From a virus (lineage: Duplodnaviria; Caudoviricetes): a stretch of DNA of 64,000 nt. Position numbers and translations under genes: made by a program. The stretch lies in IMG/VR virus record IMGVR_UViG_3300032007_000014. One strand, 5' to 3'. The notes under the pieces were generated by a model, which saw nothing but the letters and a program-made list of their open reading frames with translations, was not told where the DNA came from and searched no databases. Positions 30,701 to 41,023 of this stretch are shown here, in pieces. Every line of letters begins with the position of its first letter. The stretch's first letter is position 1.

Positions 30701-33700
30701 GATGAATTCAGGAATTGGCGTGAAGAATACACTTCTGTCACAGGTACTCTGTTCGATGCTATCATGCACGTGGCAGAGAAAGTGGAAGCTAGTGGATCTG
30801 TTGTCCCAGGCGAAGGTGGAGAAGCAGGTGCTCCGAAAACTAAGAAACCGAGTTTCATGAGTAAACTTGGTAAAGGTGTTGTTGGAGCAACCAAGTTCGT
30901 CGCGAACAAATACGCACAGCTCTATGGAGGAATCCTGAAAGCTGGTGCAAGTGCGGCCAGTTATGTTGGTAAAGGACTGATGAATGCGTTCGGTGCATCA
31001 CCTTATCTCGACATCTATGTCAAAGGTGAGATTGGTCCAAAACCTCTCGTAACTTGGAAGCAACAAGCATACGACCCTGGTATTGTATTTGCTGACACAG
31101 GCAAACGTGTTGGTTCATCTAAAGAGATCGATCGTCCTTGTATTGATCCAAGAACTGGCAATATTGTCATCAGTGAAGAAGATATCAAAAAGGGTCTTGT
31201 CACTATATCCAACAATCCAATTGGATCAGCCATGAAAATGGCAGGTCTTGCTATTGGCGGAGCGGCCAAAGTTATTGGTAAAGGTTATTTTCAGGTTTAT
31301 GCAGCAGCACTGAAAGGACTTGGAAAGATCGGTTCTGCTATTGCAGGCGGATTGTTTGGAAGCAAGGAAGAACAGTTCTTTGATGTCTATCTGAAAGATC
31401 GCATTGAACCAGGGAAACCACTTCTTTCTGTCAGACGACAAGAAGAAGGTGTGTTCTTTGAGAACAATGAGCGTGTAATCAGAACCAAAGACATCAACAA
31501 ACCTGTGTTTATTCCTGACAAAGAGAGACCCAAGTGCATCATCGGTGATGAGGAACTTAAGATTGGTTTGGTTGATATCAACAATAAGCCAATCAGTAAA
31601 GGACACTCAGCATCTGAAGGATTGCTTGGAAAACTTGGTTCTGGATTAAAGGCACTTGGCATTGGTATTGGGAAAACACTTCCCAGTATTGGTGGACTTT
31701 ATGCTGACATCTACAAAGGTCTCTTTGACCTCGGTAAGAAGGGAATCAGTGGAATCTTTGGAAAGTTGTTCGGTGCTGGCAAAGGTAGTGGACAGATCGG
31801 TGAAGAAGGTCTGAAGACTATCACTACTCGCATGGACAAGATGATCGATCTTCTTGGTAAGGTTGTCGAAAACACGAACAAGAAGAAGAAAGATGCTGGA
31901 GACAAGGACGGTGACGGAATTGTTGATGGATCTTATGCCGATCAAATGAAGAACAAGAAAGAAGGTGGCGGACGAGAGAAAGCCGATCTTGATGCTCTTC
32001 ACAAAGATGTCGACCATGCATTCCCTGAGGAAGGAGCTGCTGCTGCAGGTGGTGAAGCAGGTTCACAAGCTGGTGGTGGATCCAAGAATCAAGCTTTGGA
32101 TTATCTCAAGAAAACCAAGTTCGGTCGTAACATGAAAGCCAGACTCCTGAAAGGTAAGAGAAGTGCTCTTCGTATGGGCAAGAACTTACTGACGAAAGGA
32201 AAAGGCTTGGGAAAGACACTCCTGTCGAAAGGAGGGTCTCTGATGAAGACTGGACTTGGAAAAGTCGGTACTTTTGCAAAACCATTGCTCGGTAAAGCTG
32301 GCGCGCTCGTCGGTAAACTTGGTGGTGGTACGCTTATGAAAGGTGCCGGCATGCTCGCAGGAAAACTTGGTCTCGGTACCCTTCTTGGAGGTGCTGGTAC
32401 AGCTGCTGCTGGAGGAACAGCGGCCGCCGCAGGAACTGCAGCAGCGGGAGCTGGTGCAGCGGCAGCAGGTGGCGCTGGTCTTGCAGGACTTGCTGGTGCT
32501 GCGTTACCAGCGGCTGCAGTAGCCGCCGCACTGTACGGTGGTTACCGTATGGCTAAAGGTTTCACTGCAAAAGAAACAATGGACAATCTTGGTATCGAAG
32601 ATGAACGTGATGTTCTTCTTGAAGACAGACTCGCATCTGCGCTTGGATTCAACACGAAGATAGGTGCAAAGGCAATGCGTGGTCTTCAGAAGATCAATCC
32701 TATCATCGGACTTATCAAAGGTATCCGTGGAAACGACAATCCGATGACTCCTGAAGAAGTTGAACAAGGTCGTGCCAAACTCCAACGTAAGGCTGAAAAA
32801 GGTCTTCCTGGATATGACAAGATCTTGGATGCTTACGAGAAGGCATTGGAAGATCATAACTGGTCACGTGCTAGACAACTCTGTGGTAAGGAAGCTGATG
32901 GTGTTATCGCATCGATGTGGAAACATTCGATCACTGGTAAGACTGTTACATTCCTTGGTAACCTGATCTTCGGTGACAAAGATAAGCCGATGGAAGAGGG
33001 TGAGATCGAGAAAGTACGTGCGAAGTTCAACAGCATGATCGAGAAGGGTAACAAGAAGGCTGAAAAGCTTCTTGACAAATTCGAAGATTATGTTGCAGAA
33101 GGGAACTGGAAGAAAGCTCGTGAATTGGCTGGCATGGAAAAGCGTGGTCTGTTCGGAGCATTGTTCCAGGATTCTCAAGGAAATGTACAATGGGGTAAAG
33201 TAGCAGGTGCTGCTGTCGGCGGAGTTGTTGGATATGGGTTGGGTTGGCTCTTCTCAAAGAAGGATCCAAATGAACCTATGTCTGATAAGGAAGTCGAAGA
33301 GTCTAGAGCGTATCTCCAGAAACTCATTGATGGTGGAAATAAGAAAGCCGAGGTCATTCTCGAACAATTCGATGAAGCCGTCACTGAGATGAGATGGAAG
33401 AAGGCTCGTGCACTTGTTGGCAAAGACGTGAAGTCCAATCTCGAGAAAACTGGAAGAGCATTGAAGACTGTGAATAAGTGGTCTAGAGCAATCGGAACAC
33501 TTGGTTTGTCTTTGCTGTTCGACAGCGATCAAGAGACTCCCATGGATGAAAATCAGATCAAGAAGTTCACTGACAAGATGAACTTCATGATTGAGAAAGG
33601 CGATAAGCGTGCACAGAAGAAGCTCGATGCTTTCCAAGACGCTGTCGCCAAACAAGACTGGGAGAAAGCACGTCGTATTGCGAACATGCCTCATGAATCA

Positions 33701-35677
33701 CTTGCAACAAGAGGTTTTAAAGCTAACCTTGCTTTCTGGTGGGGAAATGACGACAAGGAAATGACCCCAGAGGAAATTGAGAAAGCCAGAGCCAGTATGC
33801 AACGCAAGATCGACATGGGTCAGAATGGTATCAAGAAGAAACTTGACGCCTTCGAAGATGCTGTCGGAAGACAGAATTGGAGAAAAGCGAGAGCTATCGC
33901 TGACATGCCTGACGATGGAGTGATGCAGAAGACCGGTAAACTCATTGCGAATCAATGGAGATTCTGGTTTGGTGGTGATGGCAAACCTATGGATGAAGGT
34001 GAGATAGAGAAAGCTCGAAAACGTTTCGAAGACAAAATCTCTGATGGTGATAAAACTGCTCAGAAGAGACTGGATGCGTTTAACGATGCAGTCGCTGATG
34101 AGAAATGGGAACGTGCTCGCCAGATTGCAGATATGCCTTACGAAAACATTGTCAAGAGAGCTTGGAAATCCACCATGTCCTGGTTAACTGGTGACAATGA
34201 CAATCCGATGGATCCGAAAGAAATCGAGAGATTCCAAGGTCAATGCGAACAACGTATTGCGGATGGAGACAAGACAGCTGAAAAGGTCTTGGAGAAATTC
34301 AATGAATATGTTGAAGGCGAACGTTGGAATAAAGCAAGAGAACTTTCCGGATTCAACGATTGGGGTGTTGCTGGATCCATAGCCAAAGCTGGTAAGAGTA
34401 TTTGGAACTTCTTCACTGGTGGTAAAGAAGCAGAAGATTGCGACAAACTGCGTGAAGAAATCGAGCAGAAAGCTCAGGATGATGAATCCGGTATGATCAA
34501 TAGAGGTCTGGATGAATTCGAAACCCTGTACCGTAGACAGAAGTACAAAGAAGCTTATGAACTTGGTCAGGATCTCATGAAGTTAAGTCCCAAAGAACTG
34601 AAAGAGAAACACGGATTCAGTACTGACGAATATGAAGCACTCTCTGGTGAAGCGAATAAGTTGGTTGAAAAGATCAACAAGAAGCAAAGAGAGAATAATG
34701 GTTGGTTGCATCCTATCACAGAGATGAAACTGGCTATGCTTCGTAGACGTATCACAGGTAACCCAGATCAGTGGTCAACTGATTTCTTGGACAAAGCAAG
34801 AAGTGATCTGTCTGCTATAACAGGCGAAGATGAGTTCGCTGAGGATTATGAAGAAGGTGGAGATGACACTGCTGAGAAAGCAAGATTGTTGATTGAGGAT
34901 TCTGAGAAAGCGCTGGACAACTGCAGTGCTTGGAAACACCCGATTGACAAGGCACAACTCGCGGGTTGGAACCTTCTGAATAAAGCTCAAGCACCGAACA
35001 TGTCGGATGAAGAACTCGAAGCTCGTTACAAGAAGATGGAAACAGACTTCGGTGATTATTTCAAACGTTCAACTCCTGCAGAGAAGGAGAAAACTGAAGA
35101 AGAACCGGAGGCTGAAGAACCAGAAGAACCCGAAGAGGATACTTCAACTCTGGATGGTGAAGGTGAAGAGGAAGAAACAACGGAAACGTTTGACGCTCCT
35201 CCTCCGCCTGAAGAGGAAAGCCTGCAAGATATCGTGAGGAACTTCAAAGGAGATCGCACGACCTCCATTGCTGCACGAGATCTGAGAGGTGTTGGTGCTT
35301 TGCCTGAAACCAAGGCAGAGACACCTGAAGAAGCTGCTGCTATGGCACCGCCGCCTCCTGTGTCATCCACTGACATGTCGATCGCAGCATCACGTGCAAA
35401 TGCACAGCAATCTTCGAGTTCGACCTCATCCATATTCCAGAAATGGTTTGGTGGTGGTCAGAAGACAGCTACGAGTAACGAATCCGCAATGCAGATGTTG
35501 GTTAAACAGAATCAACAATTGCTTGCATTGCTTGGTGCAGTCATGTCGGCGAATGGTGTCAAGGTTGAAGGTATGGAAGCACTTGCTGCTGGATTGGCAC
35601 AAGGACCTTCTGTTGTCAACAATGTATCCAATGCATCGACCAATGACGTTAACGGACTCGACTTCCGTAAAGCATAA
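27788..35677 (+). CDS. Tail tape-measure protein, phiKZ gp181-like
   Basis: 2629 aa, helical and Gly/Ala-rich; KSLELKYKHLF; FDKLTRQSIVEIIPGFLGKI; two D-x-Y-V-K-G-E...GLVD repeats typical of the family. Confidence 0.85.
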   Translation: MADDKDDFSTEYDDLDLDLDIMGDEGDLMDDNGSRRPSAVTKEFFSGALSGLGQGMKKVAADEFARKFPVASQVKSEVDQTYQEFQQLKSDLAQQLQPMLTSLEDSATKLLPKAKKLIPSRLYDKISKKLDARAKARREEAAASRQPSKEEYEAEMIAGELSALFGEQTEYQQAQAAEQRQANVLNQALEATRAHKLNIGLGHIYESVRWTEQFHRTTHTAYMKKSLELKYKHLFATRDIFNLIKQQTYMQNEYLKGIAKNTSLPEIVKEKPLDYVYHEKTKSYGTKMAEFTGNFRRKLFQTVKQRGVEFIQNGIGGLVSNLQQAADAADMAAGIPGGDSMVKGMAANTAGSQIMSAIINNTIGGAGVRAITDKLTPYTQDLDKTLANVKTDFLLKLNKKRQEWMAGGGGIFGNLMATVAGALPGMEALNYGTNDLLTKGNEPTAFDKLTRQSIVEIIPGFLGKILQSIDAVRTGEMQEETVYDIRSRAFTSVSKMKETAIEAMFGEESVRQDMLGRALGTLKAGYATEHTKEQTDQAFKNLDKDIYRVLLNHAIHNLPIDPLKMRKFATAGGVPYNELDVYTRNIINKVEHPVEALRVIADAVINQDGAIDSGVMTELKTAIFRIFDSDAYKEELPKMFEDWGQRRFFQDQFTKVDRDRLQRAADAGDQNALKLLREGEGLIQAGTNKFNLGKLTEMGSDMDYSGVSRISRETMTDVGERLKNSSELRKTMTANIGSAGAAASRGIGKVLGKIGDLGARIGLSPIWLDELTDKLSGATNEETVAKLRDFASKHGFSVDRFTNWTLSEEDKDAARAEEDKSVIESAKSVIGRYASKLPADSRKFFEEMYDQLPGAAQGVRSKMQSAGADLGQAVQNAASSVRFNDTSIVEALTNINRDMGDGFASIASLLVGEMVKPKSGDQALYDRLRDIVANKSTAPAGATNMQERFQNVDVTETDTSEESIPGSNPMLDEFRNWREEYTSVTGTLFDAIMHVAEKVEASGSVVPGEGGEAGAPKTKKPSFMSKLGKGVVGATKFVANKYAQLYGGILKAGASAASYVGKGLMNAFGASPYLDIYVKGEIGPKPLVTWKQQAYDPGIVFADTGKRVGSSKEIDRPCIDPRTGNIVISEEDIKKGLVTISNNPIGSAMKMAGLAIGGAAKVIGKGYFQVYAAALKGLGKIGSAIAGGLFGSKEEQFFDVYLKDRIEPGKPLLSVRRQEEGVFFENNERVIRTKDINKPVFIPDKERPKCIIGDEELKIGLVDINNKPISKGHSASEGLLGKLGSGLKALGIGIGKTLPSIGGLYADIYKGLFDLGKKGISGIFGKLFGAGKGSGQIGEEGLKTITTRMDKMIDLLGKVVENTNKKKKDAGDKDGDGIVDGSYADQMKNKKEGGGREKADLDALHKDVDHAFPEEGAAAAGGEAGSQAGGGSKNQALDYLKKTKFGRNMKARLLKGKRSALRMGKNLLTKGKGLGKTLLSKGGSLMKTGLGKVGTFAKPLLGKAGALVGKLGGGTLMKGAGMLAGKLGLGTLLGGAGTAAAGGTAAAAGTAAAGAGAAAAGGAGLAGLAGAALPAAAVAAALYGGYRMAKGFTAKETMDNLGIEDERDVLLEDRLASALGFNTKIGAKAMRGLQKINPIIGLIKGIRGNDNPMTPEEVEQGRAKLQRKAEKGLPGYDKILDAYEKALEDHNWSRARQLCGKEADGVIASMWKHSITGKTVTFLGNLIFGDKDKPMEEGEIEKVRAKFNSMIEKGNKKAEKLLDKFEDYVAEGNWKKARELAGMEKRGLFGALFQDSQGNVQWGKVAGAAVGGVVGYGLGWLFSKKDPNEPMSDKEVEESRAYLQKLIDGGNKKAEVILEQFDEAVTEMRWKKARALVGKDVKSNLEKTGRALKTVNKWSRAIGTLGLSLLFDSDQETPMDENQIKKFTDKMNFMIEKGDKRAQKKLDAFQDAVAKQDWEKARRIANMPHESLATRGFKANLAFWWGNDDKEMTPEEIEKARASMQRKIDMGQNGIKKKLDAFEDAVGRQNWRKARAIADMPDDGVMQKTGKLIANQWRFWFGGDGKPMDEGEIEKARKRFEDKISDGDKTAQKRLDAFNDAVADEKWERARQIADMPYENIVKRAWKSTMSWLTGDNDNPMDPKEIERFQGQCEQRIADGDKTAEKVLEKFNEYVEGERWNKARELSGFNDWGVAGSIAKAGKSIWNFFTGGKEAEDCDKLREEIEQKAQDDESGMINRGLDEFETLYRRQKYKEAYELGQDLMKLSPKELKEKHGFSTDEYEALSGEANKLVEKINKKQRENNGWLHPITEMKLAMLRRRITGNPDQWSTDFLDKARSDLSAITGEDEFAEDYEEGGDDTAEKARLLIEDSEKALDNCSAWKHPIDKAQLAGWNLLNKAQAPNMSDEELEARYKKMETDFGDYFKRSTPAEKEKTEEEPEAEEPEEPEEDTSTLDGEGEEEETTETFDAPPPPEEESLQDIVRNFKGDRTTSIAARDLRGVGALPETKAETPEEAAAMAPPPPVSSTDMSIAASRANAQQSSSSTSSIFQKWFGGGQKTATSNESAMQMLVKQNQQLLALLGAVMSANGVKVEGMEALAAGLAQGPSVVNNVSNASTNDVNGLDFRKA
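32732..34370 (+). repeat. Seven tandem ~75-aa helical repeats in the tape-measure protein
   Basis: Unit PM..EEIEK.R......EKG.K.A.K.LD.F.DAV....W.KAR. Confidence 0.88.
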
Positions 35678-35682
35678 ACATC

Positions 35683-35718
35683 AAGGAACAGAGGTGGAGT
35701 GATCCACCTCTGTTCCTT
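35683..35718. terminator. Bidirectional terminator
   Basis: 16-bp perfect stem between convergent genes. Confidence 0.8.
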
Positions 35719-35724
35719 ATTTTT

Positions 35725-36498
35725 TCATGATTTTGCGATCTTGAGATTTCTGAACAAACCAGATATTGTCATCAACACCGTATCCCATATGAAAGAATCA
35801 TAAGACATTGTGTATGGAGTGTTATCACTCTTCAATACCTGTGTCAATGAAGATGCACTGTTTCCTTGGAATGGAACAAACCAAACTGTATTCATAGATG
35901 TTTGTGCTCCTGCAAGCCTCATAGTTCTTCCATGTGTATCACCAGATCGGATTACCATGAGATATGTTCCATCTGTTACAGGAATCATAAGTGTACCAAA
36001 CCCATGATCATCCTCAGCTGTCCACGACGTAGTAGAATGCATGATAACTGGTAACCATGAAGCAACTTGTCTCCAGTAATTTGTTTCAGTACCAGGTAAT
36101 TTAGTTGCATTTGTGAACTGTTTGATACACTGATAATACTTTCCATCATACTTGACAAGAGCGCCTACAGAATATCCATTATAATCAGTTCCATTGAATT
36201 GATATTCATATATTCTGCTGTCAAACTCACTGATCCGATTGGTCAGCAATGTACAAGATTGTCCTGTAGTTGCTGCAAATCTCACATATCCATCAGCGTT
36301 TGCTTTGTACAAAGTATACTGATTATCTGTGAAGATACGTGCGTTCTTATAATCAGGATACTTGAATCCAACATCTGTGTGAGTGTGTCCAAGTTTGCTA
36401 TAAACAGTATCATGATTGTGATTCTTTGCAGCATATGTCTGGTTTAACCAAGATTTACATGCTTCAGAGAACGGGATGACTTTGGTTGGAAATGCCAT
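35725..36498 (-). CDS. Tail-fibre-tip/receptor-binding paralogue (MAFPTK family) with CBM5/12-like module
   Basis: MAFPTKVIPFS...HNHD..YSKLGHTH N-terminus; YSVGALVKYDGKYYQC...PGTETNYW module. Confidence 0.72.
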   Translation of the reverse strand: MAFPTKVIPFSEACKSWLNQTYAAKNHNHDTVYSKLGHTHTDVGFKYPDYKNARIFTDNQYTLYKANADGYVRFAATTGQSCTLLTNRISEFDSRIYEYQFNGTDYNGYSVGALVKYDGKYYQCIKQFTNATKLPGTETNYWRQVASWLPVIMHSTTSWTAEDDHGFGTLMIPVTDGTYLMVIRSGDTHGRTMRLAGAQTSMNTVWFVPFQGNSASSLTQVLKSDNTPYTMSYDSFIWDTVLMTISGLFRNLKIAKS

Positions 36499-36529
36499 GA
36501 TTCATAGTCCTTATGTTGGGTTGTTAAAA

Positions 36530-36559
36530 TTCAACATTACTATTCATAGTAATGTTGAA
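36530..36559 (-). promoter_or_regulatory. Palindromic late-promoter-like element P1 (TATG points at gene 36498)
   Basis: TTCAACATTACTAT-TC-ATAGTAATGTTGAA, 14-bp perfect arms. Confidence 0.75.
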
Positions 36560-36649
36560 ACATTTTCAATTGGCATTCCAAAAAAATAAATTCTTAGGAT
36601 CAGGGATGGATTGCTCCATCCCTGACCCCTATAATGTCAAGAGATAAAA

Positions 36650-37627
36650 TCACTTATTGTCAAGTTCTTTTTCTCTTCTTTCAATATGTTCACGTCTCCA
36701 CTGATCAGTTGGTTTGTTTCTCACATCAAGCATCTTTTTCTCGTAGTTCAAATTGGCTCTATCAATTCTGGCAAGAATTGGAGTGAGTTTTCCAAGAGTT
36801 ACGAGAACAATGCGTTTGTCTGCAAGATTTTCCTTTGTCTCTGGTTTCTTGAATAGAATGCTATCCGCCTTTTCTTCCAGAGATTCAATTTCTTTCTCTG
36901 TCGCTTCAAGACCATGCTTGATATCAAGCATTCCTTTATTAGCATTTCCTGTTATAAGAGAGATATCACCGAACTCGCTATATTTCTTCTCTTTATAATT
37001 CCTCTTATCTTCTTCGCTCATAGATTTGACGAAAGATTCAAGAAATTCGAGAGATCCAGAATCAGTCTTATAAAAGACTTGACTTCCATAACGCAAGAAT
37101 GCATCTACATTCCTGTCATTATGTCCTGTCCAGTTGTGACTCGGTGTCCTGGATTGATGTGCAACCATCAAACATTGTTCCATTGGTTTCTTCTCAGGAA
37201 GTCCAGTACATGGAATATCATCTTCAGTGGGAACCTTCTTTGTTTCTTTCAGTTTCTTCTCAAGTTCCTCACGTTCTTTGGCACTACGTTTGTTGAAGAA
37301 TCCTGTAATAAACTCCACAATCTTCCTGATAATTTTCCGCATGAAGTCAAACACAGCTTTGGCACCAGTGGCAATAGCTTGTCCGATACCTTCGAGACAA
37401 GCATCTTTGTCATCCGTACGGATATTCATACTTTCGAGGGTGCCACCAATTAAGTCCATGACTTGTTCTGTGATCCCATAGGTCTCTATGTTTTCCTGAA
37501 GTGCGATGAAGTCACTTAGTTCTTCCATAGCTCTGTCCAGATCTTTGATCTCTGAAGACAGATCCAACTCTTCTGTAGTTGATAAGTCCTGAACAACAGC
37601 GACATTTTGTTCAACTTTGAATTTCAT
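36650..37627 (-). CDS. Internal head protein paralogue (phiKZ internal-protein-like)
   Basis: MKFK leader, ENIETYGITEQVMDLIGGTL...ACLE-G propeptide, amphipathic FDFMRKIIRKIVEFI; late motif at 37666-37675. Confidence 0.78.
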   Translation of the reverse strand: MKFKVEQNVAVVQDLSTTEELDLSSEIKDLDRAMEELSDFIALQENIETYGITEQVMDLIGGTLESMNIRTDDKDACLEGIGQAIATGAKAVFDFMRKIIRKIVEFITGFFNKRSAKEREELEKKLKETKKVPTEDDIPCTGLPEKKPMEQCLMVAHQSRTPSHNWTGHNDRNVDAFLRYGSQVFYKTDSGSLEFLESFVKSMSEEDKRNYKEKKYSEFGDISLITGNANKGMLDIKHGLEATEKEIESLEEKADSILFKKPETKENLADKRIVLVTLGKLTPILARIDRANLNYEKKMLDVRNKPTDQWRREHIERREKELDNK

Positions 37628-37755
37628 TTACATCATCCCCTTTGTGATGTGTTATAAAGATTTGTCATAAAATGGACTAGCAACCATAGGCTAAAACCAA
37701 CCCTTCGGACGATAATATAGCTTAAATAAACTTAAAACTTCGGAGAATTGAACTT

Positions 37756-39669
37756 ATGGCCAAACGTGATGTTGTTAGTGATAATGACAGTTCTTGGCTG
37801 AAGCAACCATATGGTGTGATCATAGGTAAGGATTATAAGACTTATGAACTCGCATTGTTGGAAGCACTCACTAAAGCACTGGCAGGATCACCTGGTTCTA
37901 CTGGCTACGTCATGTCAGAAGAAGAAGCACGTAAACGTGCGAAAAACCTTATCATCCAAAATAAGCAAGAGAGGAACGGGGGTATATCCGATCCTTATCA
38001 GTATCAATCACCTCGTGTATCTGATGCATCAGTGGGTGGTAATGATGCGATCAATCCTTACTCTGCATTTTGTTTGGATGATGACATCGTGCACGATCTT
38101 CACAAATGTTCTGGTAACATTTATGGAATGGGTCGTGTCTACAATGAAATCTACGAGTCAAAACAACAGATTCTGTATTTGACAATGGGTGTTCCAAAAT
38201 ACAACAACCTTGACAAGTACTTCATGAATGCCAATGACAAGATGGTTGCCAATCTTGCTGATAATGGATACATCAGCATGGCTGTCAAACTTGGCAATCT
38301 CTTGGCAAAGGGAGTAATGCTTGCAATCGAGTTACCTTGGTTGCCGATCATCTGGGCGAAGGATCTGATGTTTGCATCCAAGAAACTGGATGTCACGGAA
38401 TACTTTTATCTGTATTCATCCATGGTGGTGTACTACAGAACTGTGAACACTCTTCTTTCTCATGTTGCAGTCAATATGGGATTGTACGGTGCATTCGGTT
38501 CACAAAAAGGTTCCAACATGTCGACAGCTCAGCTTGCAAGATACAACAAGAATCTTCCCACCATTATGAAAGATGGTCCGGATATCTTTACGATCATCAA
38601 CAAGAGAGCTGCTCGTCTTGGTAAGTCATCCAAAGTTGCAACAACAGATGATCTTATCAACAAATGTAGAGTCCAAGGAAAGAAACTGGATATCTTTGCC
38701 AAAGGTAAAGGAAGTACTTCCAATGGATCTACATGCAAAGCACCTTCTGTTTGGAACAAATTCACTGGCGCGCTCGTCAGTACTTCTCTTGCAGGAAGTG
38801 ACTTCATTGGATTCCGTGTAGAAAAGAGCACAGATGCAAGTGAATCATTTTCCAACAGTACAAAAGACTCTCCACTTGGATCACAATTGAATGGTATGGT
38901 GGATGCCAACCGTCAGAGAAACATGAGCGAGTTTGCTCAAAGCAAAGGTATGGCTGCATTTGCAATGAATGCTGTCAACCAAGCAAAGAGCGCGCTTCAA
39001 GCTATGGCTGGTGGATTGAAATCATTCACTCAGTATGTGGTCACCAGTAATGGATACTTTGATCTTCCTCAGACATGGTCGGGTTCTACCTTTTCAAGAT
39101 CGTACAGTTTCAGTATGAGATTGAGAGCAAGAACTGGTGGAGATAATGTGTCGATCTTTCAATCGATTATGATTCCACTTTGTCTGCTTATGGCAGCAAC
39201 ACTCCCAAGAGGTGCTGGTTCTTCAACTTACACATCTCCATTTATCGTGAGAGCATTCTGTAAAGGTATGTTCAGCATTCCTGCTGGAATTATCACAACT
39301 CTGTCGATCAAACGAGGTGATGGTGAATTTGGTTGGAGTATCAACAGAATTCCGACTGTTATCGATGTGTCTTTCCAGATACAAGATCTCAGTCCCATTC
39401 TGTTCATCTCACTTGCTGGTGAAGGTGGGTTCTTGAAAGCTCTTAGTAACAATACAAAGTTACAAGAGTATCTCTCAACACTTTCTGGTATTGGTTTGCG
39501 CGAACGTTATTTCCGTCTTGGACAGATCAAACGCAAACTCGCAACTGCTGTGTTGATCAATAAGAACACCACATTCTCATCCACTTACTGGGGAACTGCA
39601 CTGGGTGATACTGCTGTTGTCAAGATGATTACAGCAATGAGTCCTTGGGATCGCATTCCGAACAATTAA
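37756..39669 (+). CDS. Baseplate/tail structural protein, phiKZ gp182-like
   Basis: DASVGGNDAINP, GMGRVYNE, FRVE..ESFSNS, YTSPFIV, GIITTLSIKRG motifs. Confidence 0.78.
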   Translation: MAKRDVVSDNDSSWLKQPYGVIIGKDYKTYELALLEALTKALAGSPGSTGYVMSEEEARKRAKNLIIQNKQERNGGISDPYQYQSPRVSDASVGGNDAINPYSAFCLDDDIVHDLHKCSGNIYGMGRVYNEIYESKQQILYLTMGVPKYNNLDKYFMNANDKMVANLADNGYISMAVKLGNLLAKGVMLAIELPWLPIIWAKDLMFASKKLDVTEYFYLYSSMVVYYRTVNTLLSHVAVNMGLYGAFGSQKGSNMSTAQLARYNKNLPTIMKDGPDIFTIINKRAARLGKSSKVATTDDLINKCRVQGKKLDIFAKGKGSTSNGSTCKAPSVWNKFTGALVSTSLAGSDFIGFRVEKSTDASESFSNSTKDSPLGSQLNGMVDANRQRNMSEFAQSKGMAAFAMNAVNQAKSALQAMAGGLKSFTQYVVTSNGYFDLPQTWSGSTFSRSYSFSMRLRARTGGDNVSIFQSIMIPLCLLMAATLPRGAGSSTYTSPFIVRAFCKGMFSIPAGIITTLSIKRGDGEFGWSINRIPTVIDVSFQIQDLSPILFISLAGEGGFLKALSNNTKLQEYLSTLSGIGLRERYFRLGQIKRKLATAVLINKNTTFSSTYWGTALGDTAVVKMITAMSPWDRIPNN

Positions 39670-39687
39670 CATATCAAAGGAAAACAA

Positions 39688-40647
39688 ATGGATTACAAAC
39701 CGAGTCACAGAGGTGTGGCGGATTCTTCATCTGTTCTCAAGTTGAATGACTTGATGGACAGGTATGAAAGAAATCTGGAGTGTCTGAAAGAACTCCAGAT
39801 CATCCGCAAAGCCATGTTGGATGGTACGTATGACAACAGTCTTCACAGAGTTGTCAACGCATCTGAAGCACTGACAACCATGATTGGTTGTTCACTTCCT
39901 CCTCCGAGCAATGGCTACGACAACAAAGAACTTCTTGACGTTTATGTCAAGCACATTGATGTCGCAATCGAAGGATTGAAAGAATCGATTGTCAGTATCA
40001 TCGAGACACTGTACAAGGCATTCTGCGAATGGCTCAAGGATCAATTCCTTGTTCTCAACAGATACCGCATCAAACTGCAGAAGTATCGTGCAGAGTACGT
40101 GGTGAATAAGAGTGTCATTGGAAGCAAAGACACGTTCGACAAGATCGAGCTGTTCACATATGCTTACAATGATTGGGATACTCTTGTGAAAGCAGCGAAG
40201 AACCTTTCCGTCATTCTGAGCAAGATCAAAGCAGATGATGTGAATGGTTGGGTCAATTCCAATCTTCAGAAGATCAACGAGTATCTCGGTGAGTTCGGCG
40301 CCAGTATTGAAGGTGGGTCTTTCAAACGCGGTTCTGTGAAATATGAACGCACGAACAAACGACTCAGCGACCTTCGCTGGAGATCTGACAACTTTCAGGT
40401 CTACTTCGATATGGCTATCGATCTGCTGAAAGAAGCCATCGAAGATCAGAACACCGAGAAGATCGTCAAGACCGCGTATGCTGCGGCTCGCAAAGAAGCA
40501 GCAGAATCAGGTGACAACAAAGCGAAGGATGAACTGAAGATGGTTCTTGATCTCTTCAGATTCCATCGCAACAACGTTGCTGGAGTTGCACGCGTTCTTG
40601 CTGTTATTTATGAGACAGCAAAGAACAACAAAGGTGAAAAGAAATAA
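39688..40647 (+). CDS. Putative internal head protein
   Basis: ASE/AIE-G cleavage-like sites followed by an amphipathic helix (SIIETLYKAFCEWLK). Confidence 0.65.
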   Translation: MDYKPSHRGVADSSSVLKLNDLMDRYERNLECLKELQIIRKAMLDGTYDNSLHRVVNASEALTTMIGCSLPPPSNGYDNKELLDVYVKHIDVAIEGLKESIVSIIETLYKAFCEWLKDQFLVLNRYRIKLQKYRAEYVVNKSVIGSKDTFDKIELFTYAYNDWDTLVKAAKNLSVILSKIKADDVNGWVNSNLQKINEYLGEFGASIEGGSFKRGSVKYERTNKRLSDLRWRSDNFQVYFDMAIDLLKEAIEDQNTEKIVKTAYAAARKEAAESGDNKAKDELKMVLDLFRFHRNNVAGVARVLAVIYETAKNNKGEKK

Positions 40648-40658
40648 AAGAAGAATAA

Positions 40659-40692
40659 CATCTACCATCCGGACTAGTCCGGATGGTAGATG
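40659..40692. terminator. Bidirectional terminator (34-bp perfect palindrome)
   Basis: CATCTACCATCCGGACTAGTCCGGATGGTAGATG between convergent genes. Confidence 0.75.
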
Positions 40693-40703
40693 CTTTATTT
40701 GTT

Positions 40704-41003
40704 TTACAGAGTTGCGAAGGATCCAACCTTATTGACACGAAGTAACGCCATAGGCGCGGTCATGTCAGGTGTTGAGATCAATCGTTCACCTGTTTGATTG
40801 TATCCACTTCTGAGTGAAATCGCTCCAGATTGGATTTTGTAATGTTGCGGATTTGACACAAAATCACCAAGGTTTTCGCCTGGTATTGCATTCACATTCG
40901 CATACAAAACACCACTTGCTGATGGAGTGGACACACTACCAGAAATCACCTCAACTGAGTTGATCAAACCAGTGGAGGTATCATATTTGCATTTCACATA
41001 CAT
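40704..41003 (-). CDS. Small hypothetical tail-associated protein
   Basis: AAGGAGG RBS; last gene of the structural operon. Confidence 0.7.
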   Translation of the reverse strand: MYVKCKYDTSTGLINSVEVISGSVSTPSASGVLYANVNAIPGENLGDFVSNPQHYKIQSGAISLRSGYNQTGERLISTPDMTAPMALLRVNKVGSFATL

Positions 41004-41023
41004 GATGACAATCCTCCTTGTTA

